Assembly: GCF_024298765.1 (NCBI RefSeq)
Contig: NZ_CP101210.1
Length of the DNA: 64,000 nucleotides
DNA from: Escherichia coli
GTDB taxonomy: Bacteria; Pseudomonadota; Gammaproteobacteria; Enterobacterales; Enterobacteriaceae
Reading direction: 5' to 3' (one strand)
Part shown: piece after piece, positions 1-10,689 of the stretch
Numbering within the stretch: position 1 is the stretch's first letter
Layout: every line of letters starts with the position of its first letter
Position numbers and translations under genes: made by a program
The notes under the pieces: model-generated
Told to the model about the DNA's origin: nothing
The model's database searches: none
What the model saw: only the letters and a program-made list of their open reading frames with translations

Positions 1-394
1 TATAACGAATGGCTGCGGTCAGGGCTTCAAACATGAGTCCTTTGCCCTGCCATTTTTGCCCAATCGAATAACCGAGATAGCAGGCATGAAAAGAGCCACG
101 AACAACATTGGAAAAATTGGCAACGCCAATAATCTCTTTTTCGTCCGGGTCGAATAAGCCAAAGTAGAAAGCTGAACCTTGTTTATGAAATTCGTTAATC
201 ATCCCCAGCCTGGCCTGCCAGCCTGATGGATAACAGTGGCTTTCGTCGCGCACTGGCTCCCAGGGCTTGAGGAAATGGCGATTCTCTGCGTAATAATCCG
301 CAAGACGCCAGGCATCACGATCATGCACCAGACGCACGACCAGTCGGTCTGTGGTTAAGCGCACTTTTGGCACGTTACTGCGATAGCCAAACAT
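1..394 (-). CDS. rimJ: Ribosomal-protein-S5 alanine N-acetyltransferase RimJ, N-terminal part (3' end lies beyond the window start)
   Basis: The reverse complement of 361-394 reads ATG TTT GGC TAT CGC AGT AAC GTG CCA AAA GTG = [11 protein letters not shown], the RimJ N-terminus as I recall it. The frame stays open to position 1. It is absent from the ORF track because it is truncated. Confidence 0.85.
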
Positions 395-629
395 TCTATA
401 CCTACTCCTTCCCGTAACGTCTTTAATACGCTGTAAGTATTACTATACCTGCGCAACCAGACCCTGTGAAAAGTCCAGAATGTCATTTTCTGCATTATTC
501 ACATATTTGATAAAAACTCTCTATCAAAGCGACGTTTTGATAAAAAAATATTGTCCCCGAAGTGATGGGAAAAGTCTTAGCGGCAATGCAGAATAGAAAG
601 TGCTCATCTTTTATTTCCCGGGAGGGGAA

Positions 630-1838
630 ATGTCCCGCGTATCGCAGGCGAGGAACCTGGGTAAATATTTCCTGCTCATCGATAATATGCTGGTCGTGCT
701 GGGGTTCTTTGTTGTCTTCCCGCTGATCTCTATCCGCTTCGTTGATCAAATGGGCTGGGCCGCCGTCATGGTCGGTATTGCCCTCGGCCTACGCCAGTTT
801 ATTCAGCAAGGTCTGGGTATTTTCGGCGGAGCAATTGCCGACCGCTTTGGTGCCAAACCGATGATTGTTACCGGTATGCTGATGCGTGCCGCCGGATTCG
901 CCACAATGGGTATCGCCCACGAACCGTGGCTATTGTGGTTTTCATGCCTGCTTTCGGGACTCGGCGGCACGTTGTTTGATCCTCCGCGTTCGGCGCTGGT
1001 GGTGAAATTAATCCGTCCACAGCAGCGTGGTCGTTTTTTCTCGCTGTTGATGATGCAGGACAGTGCCGGTGCGGTCATTGGCGCATTGTTGGGGAGCTGG
1101 CTGTTGCAATACGACTTTCGCCTGGTCTGCGCCACAGGGGCAGTTTTGTTTGTGCTGTGTGCAGCGTTCAATGCGTGGTTGTTACCGGCATGGAAACTCT
1201 CCACCGTACGCACGCCCGTTCGCGAAGGCATGACCCGCGTGATGCGCGACAAGCGTTTTGTCACCTATGTACTGACGCTGGCGGGTTACTACATGCTGGC
1301 TGTACAAGTGATGCTGATGCTGCCAATTATGGTCAACGACGTGGCGGGCGCGCCCTCTGCCGTTAAATGGATGTATGCCATTGAAGCGTGTCTGTCGTTA
1401 ACGTTGCTCTACCCTATCGCCCGCTGGAGTGAAAAGCATTTTCGTCTGGAACACCGGTTGATGGCTGGGCTATTGATAATGTCATTAAGCATGATGCCGG
1501 TGGGCATGGTCAGCGGTCTGCAACAACTTTTCACCCTGATTTGTCTGTTTTATATCGGGTCAATCATTGCCGAGCCTGCGCGTGAAACCTTAAGTGCTTC
1601 GCTGGCGGACGCAAGAGCTCGCGGCAGCTATATGGGGTTTAGCCGTCTGGGTCTGGCGATTGGCGGCGCTATTGGTTACATCGGTGGCGGCTGGCTGTTT
1701 GACCTGGGCAAATCGGCGCACCAGCCAGAGCTTCCGTGGATGATGCTGGGCATTATTGGCACCTTCACTTTCCTTGCGCTGGGTTGGCAGTTTAGCCAGA
1801 AACGCGCCGCGCGTCGTTTGCTTGAACGCGACGCCTGA
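630..1838 (+). CDS. mdtH: MFS multidrug efflux transporter MdtH (402 aa)
   Basis: ORF track 600..1838. The internal ATG at 630 gives [21 protein letters not shown]..., recognised as MdtH. The protein is a multi-TM MFS type. Confidence 0.93.
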   Translation: MSRVSQARNLGKYFLLIDNMLVVLGFFVVFPLISIRFVDQMGWAAVMVGIALGLRQFIQQGLGIFGGAIADRFGAKPMIVTGMLMRAAGFATMGIAHEPWLLWFSCLLSGLGGTLFDPPRSALVVKLIRPQQRGRFFSLLMMQDSAGAVIGALLGSWLLQYDFRLVCATGAVLFVLCAAFNAWLLPAWKLSTVRTPVREGMTRVMRDKRFVTYVLTLAGYYMLAVQVMLMLPIMVNDVAGAPSAVKWMYAIEACLSLTLLYPIARWSEKHFRLEHRLMAGLLIMSLSMMPVGMVSGLQQLFTLICLFYIGSIIAEPARETLSASLADARARGSYMGFSRLGLAIGGAIGYIGGGWLFDLGKSAHQPELPWMMLGIIGTFTFLALGWQFSQKRAARRLLERDA

Positions 1839-1901
1839 TTTGATACTCCCCCCTGACTCCTCCATACTGAAAGTGAACTGACAGCCAAATGGAGGAGTCA
1901 C

Positions 1902-2549
1902 GTGAAGCTATACATTTACGATCACTGCCCTTACTGCCTCAAAGCCCGCATGATTTTCGGCCTGAAAAATATCCCCGTCGAATTACATGTTCTGCTCAAC
2001 GACGACGCAGAAACACCCACCCGGATGGTCGGTCAAAAACAGGTTCCCATTCTGCAAAAAGATGACAGCCGCTATATGCCAGAAAGCATGGACATCGTTC
2101 ACTATGTCGATAAACTCGACGGCAAACCGTTACTGACCGGCAAACGTTCCCCTGCCATTGAAGAGTGGCTGCGCAAGGTCAATGGCTACGCCAACAAACT
2201 GCTGTTGCCGCGTTTTGCCAAATCGGCATTTGATGAGTTTTCTACTCCTGCCGCGCGCAAATATTTCGTCGACAAGAAAGAGGCCAGCGCGGGTAATTTT
2301 GCCGACCTGCTGGCCCACTCTGACGGTCTGATTAAGAATATCAGCGATGATTTACGTGCGCTGGACAAACTGATCGTCAAACCGAACGCCGTGAATGGCG
2401 AACTTTCGGAAGATGATATTCAGCTATTTCCGCTGCTGCGTAATCTGACGCTGGTAGCCGGAATTAACTGGCCAAGCCGCGTTGCTGATTACCGCGATAA
2501 TATGGCGAAACAGACACAAATCAATTTGTTATCATCAATGGCGATTTAA
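1902..2549 (+). CDS. grxB: Glutaredoxin 2
   Basis: 215-aa ORF with a GTG start. MKLYIYDHCPYCLKARMIFGLKNIP carries the CPYC active site and is recognised as GrxB. Confidence 0.95.
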   Translation: MKLYIYDHCPYCLKARMIFGLKNIPVELHVLLNDDAETPTRMVGQKQVPILQKDDSRYMPESMDIVHYVDKLDGKPLLTGKRSPAIEEWLRKVNGYANKLLLPRFAKSAFDEFSTPAARKYFVDKKEASAGNFADLLAHSDGLIKNISDDLRALDKLIVKPNAVNGELSEDDIQLFPLLRNLTLVAGINWPSRVADYRDNMAKQTQINLLSSMAI

Positions 2550-2682
2550 TCCTGACCCGCCGCGGCAGCCTGTATTCGCGGGTTGCCGCCGTTTTCAGTT
2601 TTTTCTGCTGGCGCGTTTATCGCTGGTGACACATGCTGCGTTGTGTCAGGATATTGACGCAGATTTCATGTCGAGGACTACC

Positions 2683-3243
2683 ATGAACAAGTTTTTATTT
2701 GCCGCTGCATTGATCGTCAGTGGCCTGCTCGTTGGCTGTAATCAACTCACCCAATACACCATCACCGAACAAGAAATTAACCAGTCGCTTGCGAAACATA
2801 ATAATTTCTCAAAAGATATCGGTTTACCCGGCGTGGCTGACGCCCATATTGTTCTGACAAACCTGACCAGCCAAATTGGTCGCGAAGAGCCGAATAAGGT
2901 TACCCTAACCGGAGACGCCAATCTGGACATGAACTCCCTGTTCGGTAGCCAGAAAGCGACCATGAAACTGAAGCTGAAAGCGCTGCCCGTGTTTGATAAA
3001 GAAAAAGGCGCTATCTTCCTGAAAGAGATGGAAGTGGTCGATGCGACGGTACAACCGGAAAAAATGCAAACGGTGATGCAAACGTTGCTTCCCTATTTAA
3101 ACCAGGCATTACGCAATTACTTTAACCAGCAACCTGCTTACGTCCTGCGCGAAGATGGCAGCCAGGGCGAAGCAATGGCGAAGAAACTGGCGAAAGGCAT
3201 TGAAGTGAAGCCAGGCGAAATTGTCATTCCGTTTACTGATTAA
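2683..3243 (+). CDS. yceB: Lipoprotein YceB (186 aa)
   Basis: The internal ATG of ORF 2482..3243 gives MNKFLFAAALIVSGLLVGC, which contains a lipobox (LVGC). Confidence 0.9.
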   Translation: MNKFLFAAALIVSGLLVGCNQLTQYTITEQEINQSLAKHNNFSKDIGLPGVADAHIVLTNLTSQIGREEPNKVTLTGDANLDMNSLFGSQKATMKLKLKALPVFDKEKGAIFLKEMEVVDATVQPEKMQTVMQTLLPYLNQALRNYFNQQPAYVLREDGSQGEAMAKKLAKGIEVKPGEIVIPFTD

Positions 3244-3248
3244 TCACG

Positions 3249-3275
3249 AGGGCGCATTCGCGCCCTTTATTTTTC
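3249..3275 (+). terminator. Rho-independent terminator after yceB
   Basis: The stem AGGGCGC / GCGCCCT has the loop ATTC and is followed by TTATTTTTC. Confidence 0.7.
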
Positions 3276-3348
3276 GTGCAAAGGAAAACGTTTCCGCTTA
3301 TCCTTTGTGTCCGGCAAAAACATCCCTTCAGCCGGAGCATAGAGATTA

Positions 3349-4395
3349 ATGACTGCACCATCCCAGGTATTAAAGATCCGCCGCCCAGACGACTGGCACC
3401 TTCACCTCCGCGATGGCGACATGTTAAAAACTGTCGTGCCGTATACCAGCGAAATTTATGGACGGGCTATCGTAATGCCCAATCTGGCTCCGCCCGTGAC
3501 CACCGTTGAGGCTGCCGTGGCGTATCGCCAGCGCATTCTTGACGCCGTACCTGCCGGGCATGATTTCACCCCATTGATGACCTGTTATTTAACAGATTCG
3601 CTGGATCCTAATGAGCTGGAGCGCGGATTTAACGAAGGCGTGTTCACCGCTGCAAAACTTTACCCGGCAAACGCAACCACTAACTCCAGTCACGGCGTGA
3701 CGTCAGTTGACGCAATCATGCCGGTATTAGAGCGCATGGAAAAAATCGGTATGCCGCTACTGGTGCATGGTGAAGTGACACATGCAGATATCGACATTTT
3801 TGATCGTGAAGCGCGCTTTATAGAAAGCGTGATGGAACCGCTACGCCAGCGTCTGACTGCGCTGAAAGTCGTTTTTGAGCACATCACCACCAAAGACGCT
3901 GCCGACTATGTCCGTGACGGAAATGAACGGCTGGCTGCCACCATCACTCCGCAGCATCTGATGTTTAACCGCAACCATATGCTGGTTGGTGGCGTGCGTC
4001 CGCACCTGTATTGTCTACCCATCCTCAAACGCAATATCCACCAACAGGCATTGCGTGAACTGGTCGCCAGCGGTTTTAATCGCGTATTCCTCGGTACGGA
4101 TTCTGCGCCGCATGCACGTCATCGCAAAGAGAGCAGCTGCGGCTGCGCGGGCTGCTTCAACGCCCCAACCGCGCTGGGCAGTTACGCTACCGTCTTTGAA
4201 GAGATGAATGCTCTGCAGCACTTTGAAGCATTCTGTTCTGTAAACGGCCCACAGTTCTATGGCTTGCCGGTCAACGACACATTCATCGAACTGGTCCGCA
4301 AAGAGCAACAGGTTGCTGAAAGCATCGCATTGACTGATGACACGCTGGTGCCATTCCTCGCCGGGGAAACGGTACGCTGGTCCGTTAAACAATAA
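3349..4395 (+). CDS. pyrC: Dihydroorotase
   Basis: 348-aa ORF starting [26 protein letters not shown], with the HxH metal motif. Recognised as PyrC. Confidence 0.96.
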   Translation: MTAPSQVLKIRRPDDWHLHLRDGDMLKTVVPYTSEIYGRAIVMPNLAPPVTTVEAAVAYRQRILDAVPAGHDFTPLMTCYLTDSLDPNELERGFNEGVFTAAKLYPANATTNSSHGVTSVDAIMPVLERMEKIGMPLLVHGEVTHADIDIFDREARFIESVMEPLRQRLTALKVVFEHITTKDAADYVRDGNERLAATITPQHLMFNRNHMLVGGVRPHLYCLPILKRNIHQQALRELVASGFNRVFLGTDSAPHARHRKESSCGCAGCFNAPTALGSYATVFEEMNALQHFEAFCSVNGPQFYGLPVNDTFIELVRKEQQVAESIALTDDTLVPFLAGETVRWSVKQ

Positions 4396-4431
4396 AAATC
4401 GTAGCTTCCTGTTGTCATTAGGTTATTTTAA

Positions 4432-4447
4432 CTGTATAAATAACCAG
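4432..4447 (+). promoter_or_regulatory. LexA (SOS) box upstream of dinI
   Basis: CTGTATAAATAACCAG fits the CTG-N10-CAG SOS-box consensus and lies 22 nt upstream of the dinI ATG. Confidence 0.85.
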
Positions 4448-4468
4448 TATATTCAACAGGGGGCTATT

Positions 4469-4714
4469 ATGCGAATTGAAGTCACCATAGCGAAAACTTC
4501 TCCATTGCCAGCTGGGGCTATTGACGCCCTGGCTGGCGAACTTTCCCGCCGTATTCAGTATGCGTTTCCTGATAATGAAGGCCACGTATCGGTACGTTAT
4601 GCCGCAGCGAATAATTTATCGGTTATTGGCGCGACAAAAGAAGATAAACAGCGCATTAGCGAAATTCTCCAGGAAACGTGGGAAAGCGCCGATGACTGGT
4701 TTGTCAGCGAATAA
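4469..4714 (+). CDS. dinI: DNA damage-inducible protein I (81 aa)
   Basis: The internal ATG of ORF 4337..4714 gives MRIEVTIAKTSPLPAGAIDALAGELSRRIQ..., recognised as DinI. Confidence 0.93.
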   Translation: MRIEVTIAKTSPLPAGAIDALAGELSRRIQYAFPDNEGHVSVRYAAANNLSVIGATKEDKQRISEILQETWESADDWFVSE

Positions 4715-4735
4715 TATGCAGTGATTTTTGTTTTT

Positions 4736-4762
4736 GCCGGGTCGCCCCGGCTTTTTTATTTT
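4736..4762 (+). terminator. Rho-independent terminator after dinI
   Basis: GCCGGG tcgc CCCGGC is followed by TTTTTTATTTT. Confidence 0.8.
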
Positions 4763-5003
4763 ACTTGCGAATTGTGAGTACAAAATTTCTACACTTCCTC
4801 AAAATAATTGCACAATATGCTAAAAAAATATGAATGACATGCTGTTTTATTGTTCATATAAATCTTAAAAGCAAAAATTTATCTGTTCCCCCCTTTAAAA
4901 ATTCGGTGAATACCCTTACTTATTGGTATACTGAAGTTGCTTCAGATAAAAACGCATTGAACCTCGAATAACGTTGTCTAGTAACACGAATTAGGGGGCC
5001 ATG

Positions 5004-5258
5004 ATGGAAAAAAATAATGAAGTCATTCAGACTCATCCGCTCGTAGGGTGGGACATCAGCACCGTTGATAGCTATGATGCGCTGATGTTGCGTTTGCACT
5101 ACCAGACCCCAAATAAGTCCGAGCAGGAAGGGACTGAAGTTGGTCAGACGCTCTGGTTAACCACTGATGTTGCCAGACAATTTATTTCGATATTAGAAGC
5201 AGGAATCGCCAAAATTGAATCCGGTGATTTCCCGGTAAACGAGTATCGGCGTCATTAA
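5004..5258 (+). CDS. bssS: Biofilm regulator BssS (84 aa)
   Basis: ORF 5001..5258. MEKNNEVIQTHPLVGWDISTVDSYDALMLRLHYQ is recognised as BssS. Confidence 0.9.
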   Translation: MEKNNEVIQTHPLVGWDISTVDSYDALMLRLHYQTPNKSEQEGTEVGQTLWLTTDVARQFISILEAGIAKIESGDFPVNEYRRH

Positions 5259-5372
5259 CATGACATGACCATCCACCCAAAAGGCACCTCACCGGTGCCT
5301 TTACCATTTCTGGGTTGTATATCTGCATTCAGTTAATTACTCTGCTTAAACCATGAGAGCAGAGAGAAAAAA

Positions 5373-6491
5373 ATGAAATACGATCTCATCATTATTGGCA
5401 GCGGTTCCGTAGGCGCTGCCGCCGGGTATTATGCAACCCGTGCCGGTTTAAACGTGCTAATGACCGACGCCCATATGCCACCGCATCAACACGGCAGCCA
5501 CCACGGCGATACGCGATTAATTCGCCATGCTTATGGTGAAGGCGAAAAGTATGTCCCGCTGGTTCTCCGCGCGCAAACGCTGTGGGATGAACTCTCCCGC
5601 CACAACGAAGAAGATCCCATTTTTGTACGCTCTGGCGTCATTAACCTTGGCCCGGCTGATTCCACATTTCTCGCCAACGTCGCCCACAGCGCCGAACAAT
5701 GGCAACTCAACGTTGAAAAGCTCGATGCGCAAGGGATTATGGCCCGCTGGCCAGAAATACGCGTCCCGGACAACTACATCGGCTTATTTGAGACTGATTC
5801 CGGCTTTTTACGCAGCGAACTGGCGATTAAAACCTGGATCCAACTGGCGAAGGAAGCGGGCTGTGCGCAGCTGTTCAACTGCCCGGTCACCGCAATTCGT
5901 CATGACGATGATGGCGTAACTATTGAAACGGCTGACGGTGAGTATCAGGCGAAAAAAGCGATTGTCTGCGCGGGAACATGGGTAAAAGACCTGCTCCCGG
6001 AGTTGCCTGTCCAGCCCGTACGCAAAGTATTTGCCTGGTATCAGGCCGATGGGCGCTATAGCGTGAAGAATAAATTCCCGGCGTTTACCGGTGAACTTCC
6101 CAATGGCGATCAATATTATGGTTTTCCGGCAGAAAACGACGCGTTGAAGATTGGCAAACATAACGGAGGCCAGGTTATCCATTCAGCGGATGAACGTGTT
6201 CCGTTTGCGGAAGTGGTCAGCGATGGTTCGGAAGCCTTCCCGTTCTTGCGCAATGTATTGCCGGGTATCGGTTGCTGCCTGTACGGCGCCGCCTGCACCT
6301 ATGATAATTCGCCTGACGAAGATTTTATTATCGATACCCTACCCGGCCACGATAATACACTGCTCATTACCGGCCTGAGTGGGCACGGTTTTAAATTTGC
6401 GTCAGTTTTAGGGGAAATAGCTGCCGATTTTGCGCAAGACAAAAAAAGCGATTTTGATTTGACGCCATTCAGGCTTTCCCGCTTCCAATAA
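5373..6491 (+). CDS. solA: N-methyl-L-tryptophan oxidase
   Basis: 372-aa ORF. The N-terminal [13 protein letters not shown] motif is an FAD-binding Rossmann fold. Recognised as SolA. Confidence 0.95.
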   Translation: MKYDLIIIGSGSVGAAAGYYATRAGLNVLMTDAHMPPHQHGSHHGDTRLIRHAYGEGEKYVPLVLRAQTLWDELSRHNEEDPIFVRSGVINLGPADSTFLANVAHSAEQWQLNVEKLDAQGIMARWPEIRVPDNYIGLFETDSGFLRSELAIKTWIQLAKEAGCAQLFNCPVTAIRHDDDGVTIETADGEYQAKKAIVCAGTWVKDLLPELPVQPVRKVFAWYQADGRYSVKNKFPAFTGELPNGDQYYGFPAENDALKIGKHNGGQVIHSADERVPFAEVVSDGSEAFPFLRNVLPGIGCCLYGAACTYDNSPDEDFIIDTLPGHDNTLLITGLSGHGFKFASVLGEIAADFAQDKKSDFDLTPFRLSRFQ

Positions 6492-6499
6492 TCATCATT

Positions 6500-6525
6500 A
6501 CGGCCTCCAGAATGAGGCCGTTTTT
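6500..6525 (+). terminator. Rho-independent terminator after solA
   Basis: ACGGCCTC cagaat GAGGCCGT is followed by TTTTT. Confidence 0.8.
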
Positions 6526-6538
6526 ACAGGAGTATTTA

Positions 6539-6652
6539 ATGCGTCGGCTGTTGCACTATCTCATCAATAATATTCGCGAGCATCTGATGCTTTATCTTTT
6601 TCTCTGGGGATTGTTGGCAATTATGGATCTGATCTATGTGTATTATTTTTAG
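6539..6652 (+). CDS. yceO: Small hydrophobic protein YceO (37 codons as read here)
   Basis: My own translation gives [37 protein letters not shown]. It is below the ORF-track size cut-off. Position and sequence match my recollection of yceO. Confidence 0.6.
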   Translation: MRRLLHYLINNIREHLMLYLFLWGLLAIMDLIYVYYF

Positions 6653-6912
6653 TTTTCCGCACTGACATAAACTGACAAATATTTAATCCCCCTTTCATTT
6701 AGCGTGAAAAATTGAATGAGATTATTCCTGCTTCAACAGCACTCACCAGACATCTCTGATGCTGAACCCACTAAACTTATGAAGATTCTTTCATTATTAA
6801 TTCAAAATTATTGAAATAAAAATAAATATCATTCAAATTGTTATTTTTGTGTTGCAATTCATTCTCCGACACGCCATTTTCTTTCTCTCGCAAAGTCGTT
6901 TTGGATGCACTT

Positions 6913-7479
6913 ATGTCATTCACAAATACCCCTGAACGCTATGGTGTTATATCTGCGGCCTTCCATTGGCTAAGCGCAATTATTGTCTACGGCATGTTTG
7001 CTTTAGGTCTGTGGATGGTCACGCTCAGTTATTACGATGGCTGGTATCACCAGGCACCCGAACTGCATAAAAGCATCGGTATTTTGTTAATGATGGGGCT
7101 GGTTATTCGCGTTCTGTGGCGCGTCATATCTCCACCGCCGGGTCCGCTGCAGAGTTATTCGCCCATGACTCGTCTTGGCGCAAAGGCTGGACATCTCGCA
7201 TTGTACTTATTGCTGTTCGCCATCGGCATCAGCGGCTATCTGATCTCAACTGCCGATGGTAAACCGATCAGCGTTTTTGGCTGGTTTGACGTCCCCGCGA
7301 CCCTCGCCGACGCTGGCGCACAGGCTGACTTTGCCGGTGCCCTGCATTTTTGGCTCGCGTGGAGCGTCGTAGTACTGTCCGTTATGCACGGATTTATGGC
7401 CCTGAAGCATCATTTCATCGATAAAGACGACACTCTGAAGCGCATGCTGGGAAAGTCGTCATCTGACTATGGAGTATAA
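6913..7479 (+). CDS. yceJ: Cytochrome b561 homologue YceJ (188 aa)
   Basis: The internal ATG of ORF 6838..7479 gives MSFTNTPERYGVISAAFHWLSAIIVYGMF... The protein has four TM segments with conserved His residues. Confidence 0.9.
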   Translation: MSFTNTPERYGVISAAFHWLSAIIVYGMFALGLWMVTLSYYDGWYHQAPELHKSIGILLMMGLVIRVLWRVISPPPGPLQSYSPMTRLGAKAGHLALYLLLFAIGISGYLISTADGKPISVFGWFDVPATLADAGAQADFAGALHFWLAWSVVVLSVMHGFMALKHHFIDKDDTLKRMLGKSSSDYGV

Positions 7480-7482
7480 AAA

Positions 7483-8058
7483 ATGAAAAAAAGCCTGCTT
7501 GGTTTAACCTTCGCTTCCCTGATGTTCTCTGCCGGTTCAGCGGTTGCCGCCGATTACAAAATTGACAAAGAAGGTCAGCACGCCTTTGTTAACTTCCGCA
7601 TACAGCACCTTGGCTATAGCTGGTTATACGGCACCTTTAAAGATTTCGACGGTACTTTTACCTTTGATGAAAAAAATCCAGCTGCCGATAAAGTGAATGT
7701 GACAATTAACACCACCAGCGTCGATACTAATCACGCCGAACGCGATAAACATCTTCGCAGTGCAGATTTCCTCAATACTGCAAAATATCCACAGGCAACA
7801 TTCACCTCCACCAGCGTGAAGAAAGACGGTGACGAACTGGATATTACCGGCGATCTGACGCTGAATGGCGTAACCAAACCCGTCACGCTGGAAGCGAAAT
7901 TAATTGGTCAGGGCGACGACCCATGGGGTGGTAAACGTGCAGGCTTCGAGGCCGAAGGCAAAATTAAGCTCAAGGACTTCAATATCAAAACAGATTTAGG
8001 TCCAGCTTCTCAGGAAGTGGATCTGATTATTTCAGTGGAAGGCGTACAGCAGAAGTAA
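7483..8058 (+). CDS. yceI: Periplasmic polyisoprenoid-binding protein YceI
   Basis: 191-aa ORF with signal peptide [22 protein letters not shown]. The start lies 3 nt after the yceJ stop. Confidence 0.93.
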
Positions 8059-8068
8059 GCGTGAAATG

Positions 8069-8093
8069 TTGCCGGATGGCACGCATCCGGCAA
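8069..8093. terminator. Bidirectional hairpin between the convergent genes yceI and trhO
   Basis: TTGCCGGATG gcacg CATCCGGCAA forms a perfect 10-bp stem. Confidence 0.6.
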
Positions 8094-8099
8094 TGATAT

Positions 8100-9152
8100 T
8101 TATTCTGTTGGATCAGGAATGCCCAGTGTTGTATTCAGACGTCCACGAGACTTATTAAAGATCTTATTGCCATTTTCACGTCCTGCCCGACGGCGTCGCT
8201 GTTCTTCAGACGGTAACGCGCTTTCTTCGCAGCAAATCTCACTACAACAACCTTTGTATTTTTCCGCACATACTGGACACTGAATAAAAAGCAGGTGGCA
8301 GCCATCATTTTTACAGTTGGTATGGCTGTCGCACGGCGCACCGCACTGGTGGCAATGCGCGATAATCTCATCAGAGATACGTTCGCCCATCCGCTCGTCA
8401 AAAACAAAATTTTTGCCAATAAAACGTACCGGTAAACCCTGCTCGCGCGCCTTGCGGGCGTATTCAATAATTCCGCCCTCGATATGCCAGACTTTATTGA
8501 ATCCGTTATGTTTCATCCAGGCACTGGCCTTTTCACAACGAATGCCGCCGGTGCAGTACATAACGATTTTTTTATCTTTATGTGCCTGCATCATCTCGAC
8601 TGCTTTTGGCAGCTGCTCACGGAAGGTATCTGCCGGAATTTCCAGCGCGTTTTCAAAGTGCCCCACTTCATACTCATAGTGGTTACGCATGTCGATAAAC
8701 AATGCATCGGGATCGTCAAGCATGGCGTTCACTTCCGCCGCTTGCAGATACTCACCCACATTGCTGGCATCAAAGTGAGGATCGTTAATACCGTCGGCAA
8801 CGATACGATCACGGACCTTCATGCGCAGTACCCAGAAGGATTTCCCGTCATCATCCAACGCGATATTCAGGCGTAAGCCCTCTAAAGCCGGGTCGAAGGC
8901 ATAAAGCTGCGCGCGAAATGTTTCAACATTGCTCGCAGGTACGCTGATTTGCGCGTTAATGCCCTCATGCGCCAGATACACTCGCCCAAAAACATCCAGC
9001 GCGGTAAACAGCTGATATAAAGCGTCACGGGTCGCCTTAGGATCGGCGATGTGGAAGTACTTATAAAACGAAATGGTGGTTCGCGGTTCGCTCTCAGCCA
9101 ACATTTTGGCTTTTAACGCGTCGTTGGAAATGCGGTTGTGTAACACTGGCAT
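8100..9152 (-). CDS. trhO: tRNA uridine(34) hydroxylase TrhO / rhodanese-domain protein YceA (350 aa)
   Basis: ORF 8100..9206. The internal start gives [26 protein letters not shown]... The protein has a rhodanese CTGGIRCEK loop and a Cys-rich C-terminus. Confidence 0.92.
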   Translation of the reverse strand: MPVLHNRISNDALKAKMLAESEPRTTISFYKYFHIADPKATRDALYQLFTALDVFGRVYLAHEGINAQISVPASNVETFRAQLYAFDPALEGLRLNIALDDDGKSFWVLRMKVRDRIVADGINDPHFDASNVGEYLQAAEVNAMLDDPDALFIDMRNHYEYEVGHFENALEIPADTFREQLPKAVEMMQAHKDKKIVMYCTGGIRCEKASAWMKHNGFNKVWHIEGGIIEYARKAREQGLPVRFIGKNFVFDERMGERISDEIIAHCHQCGAPCDSHTNCKNDGCHLLFIQCPVCAEKYKGCCSEICCEESALPSEEQRRRRAGRENGNKIFNKSRGRLNTTLGIPDPTE

Positions 9153-9376
9153 GGTGTACGGTTCCTGCGAGATGGGAAAGTAAAAATCCGCGGCATGATA
9201 TAGCAATTATCGATAATTAACATCCACACATTTTACGCTACATTTGCGCATTAAAAATTATTTGTTATTTACAAGCGCGGCAATTTCGCCCAGTCTTCAG
9301 CCACAAATTTTGGTTGCGGGCGAAAAAATGCGACAATACATACAATTGCCCGAATAGGTTGAAAAACAGGATTGAT

Positions 9377-10297
9377 ATGACGAATCTACCCAAGTTCTCC
9401 ACCGCACTGCTTCATCCGCGTTATTGGTTAACCTGGTTGGGTATTGGCGTACTTTGGTTAGTCGTGCAATTGCCCTACCCGGTTATCTACCGCCTCGGTT
9501 GTGGATTAGGAAAACTTGCGTTACGTTTTATGAAACGACGCGCAAAAATTGTGCATCGCAACCTGGAACTGTGCTTCCCGGAAATGAGCGAACAAGAACG
9601 CCGTAAAATGGTGGTGAAGAATTTCGAATCCGTTGGCATGGGACTGATGGAAACTGGCATGGCGTGGTTCTGGCCGGACCGCAGAATCGCCCGCTGGACG
9701 GAAGTGATCGGCATGGAACACATTCGTGACGTGCAGGCGCAAAAACGCGGCATCCTGTTAGTTGGCATCCATTTTCTGACACTGGAGCTTGGTGCGCGGC
9801 AGTTTGGTATGCAGGAACCGGGGATTGGCGTTTACCGCCCGAACGATAATCCACTGATTGACTGGCTACAAACCTGGGGCCGTTTGCGCTCAAATAAATC
9901 GATGCTCGACCGCAAAGATTTAAAAGGCATGATTAAAGCCCTGAAAAAAGGCGAAGTGGTCTGGTACGCACCGGATCATGATTACGGCCCGCGCTCAAGC
10001 GTTTTCGTCCCGTTGTTTGCCGTTGAGCAGGCTGCGACCACAACCGGAACCTGGATGCTGGCACGGATGTCCGGCGCATGTCTGGTGCCCTTCGTTCCAC
10101 GCCGTAAGCCAGATGGCAAAGGGTATCAGTTGATTATGCTGCCGCCAGAGTGTTCTCCGCCGCTGGATGATGCCGAAACTACCGCCGCGTGGATGAACAA
10201 AGTGGTCGAAAAATGCATCATGATGGCACCAGAGCAGTATATGTGGTTACACCGTCGCTTTAAAACACGCCCGGAAGGCGTTCCTTCACGCTATTAA
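9377..10297 (+). CDS. lpxL: Lipid A biosynthesis lauroyltransferase (306 aa)
   Basis: The internal ATG of ORF 9314..10297 gives [27 protein letters not shown]..., recognised as LpxL/HtrB. Confidence 0.95.
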
Positions 10298-10468
10298 ATC
10301 TCCCATGCCGGATGCTTCAGAAGGGTATCCGGCATTACCACAGCAAATCCCCCTGATTTAGCGATAAAAGCTCTCTGGATTGCGCCCCCTGGAAGTCGGG
10401 CGCATAATTAGTGTGCTTATCTTTTCTTCTTATGTTCACCGCGCCTGGCGCACCAACAGCGGATTGCT

Positions 10469-10650
10469 ATGTCACCCTGTGAAAATGACACCCCTATAAA
10501 CTGGAAACGAAACCTGATCGTCGCCTGGCTAGGCTGTTTTCTTACCGGTGCCGCCTTCAGCCTGGTAATGCCCTTCTTACCCCTCTACGTTGAGCAGCTT
10601 GGCGTTACCGGCCACTCCGCCCTGAATATGTGGTCCGGTATTGTCTTCAG
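10469..10650 (+). pseudogene. mdtG: mdtG 5' fragment (codons 1 to about 61) cut by an insertion
   Basis: [62 protein letters not shown] is the MdtG N-terminus. The frame then reads MGP* in foreign sequence, with the stop at 10664-10666. Confidence 0.93.
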
Positions 10651-10672
10651 TATAATGGGTCCCTAAACACAT
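10628..10672. other. attL junction of the mdtG-borne element
   Basis: The sequence reads host ...ggtattgtcttc, then AG, then element tataatgggtccctaaacac. The arm TCCCTAAACAC (10660-10670) is the inverted partner of GTGTATTTAGGGA at 14933-14945. Confidence 0.75.
10651..10656 (+). promoter_or_regulatory. Consensus -10 hexamer TATAAT at the extreme left end of the element, upstream of the recombinase gene
   Basis: TATAAT lies 34 nt upstream of the ATG at 10690. No good -35 is visible in either the integrated or the reconstructed circular context. Confidence 0.3.
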
Positions 10673-10689
10673 CATTTTAGGTATTGAAT

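Noticed and set aside
10652-10653. AT as the crossover dinucleotide of the mdtG element. This was my first reading, based on the assumption that the host Ser codon is AGT.
   Set aside because: AT is palindromic, which would abolish polarity, and it places the two conserved arms 6 bp out of register. Centring on AG (10649-10650 and 14955-14956) aligns the arms at 15 of 22 positions. It only requires the host codon to have been the synonymous AGC. The question remains formally unresolved without an empty-site allele.
10469-10666. The 65-aa ORF listed in the track as a possible small membrane protein.
   Set aside because: It is simply the MdtG N-terminus fused to three foreign codons (MGP) before a stop, so it is a truncation product.
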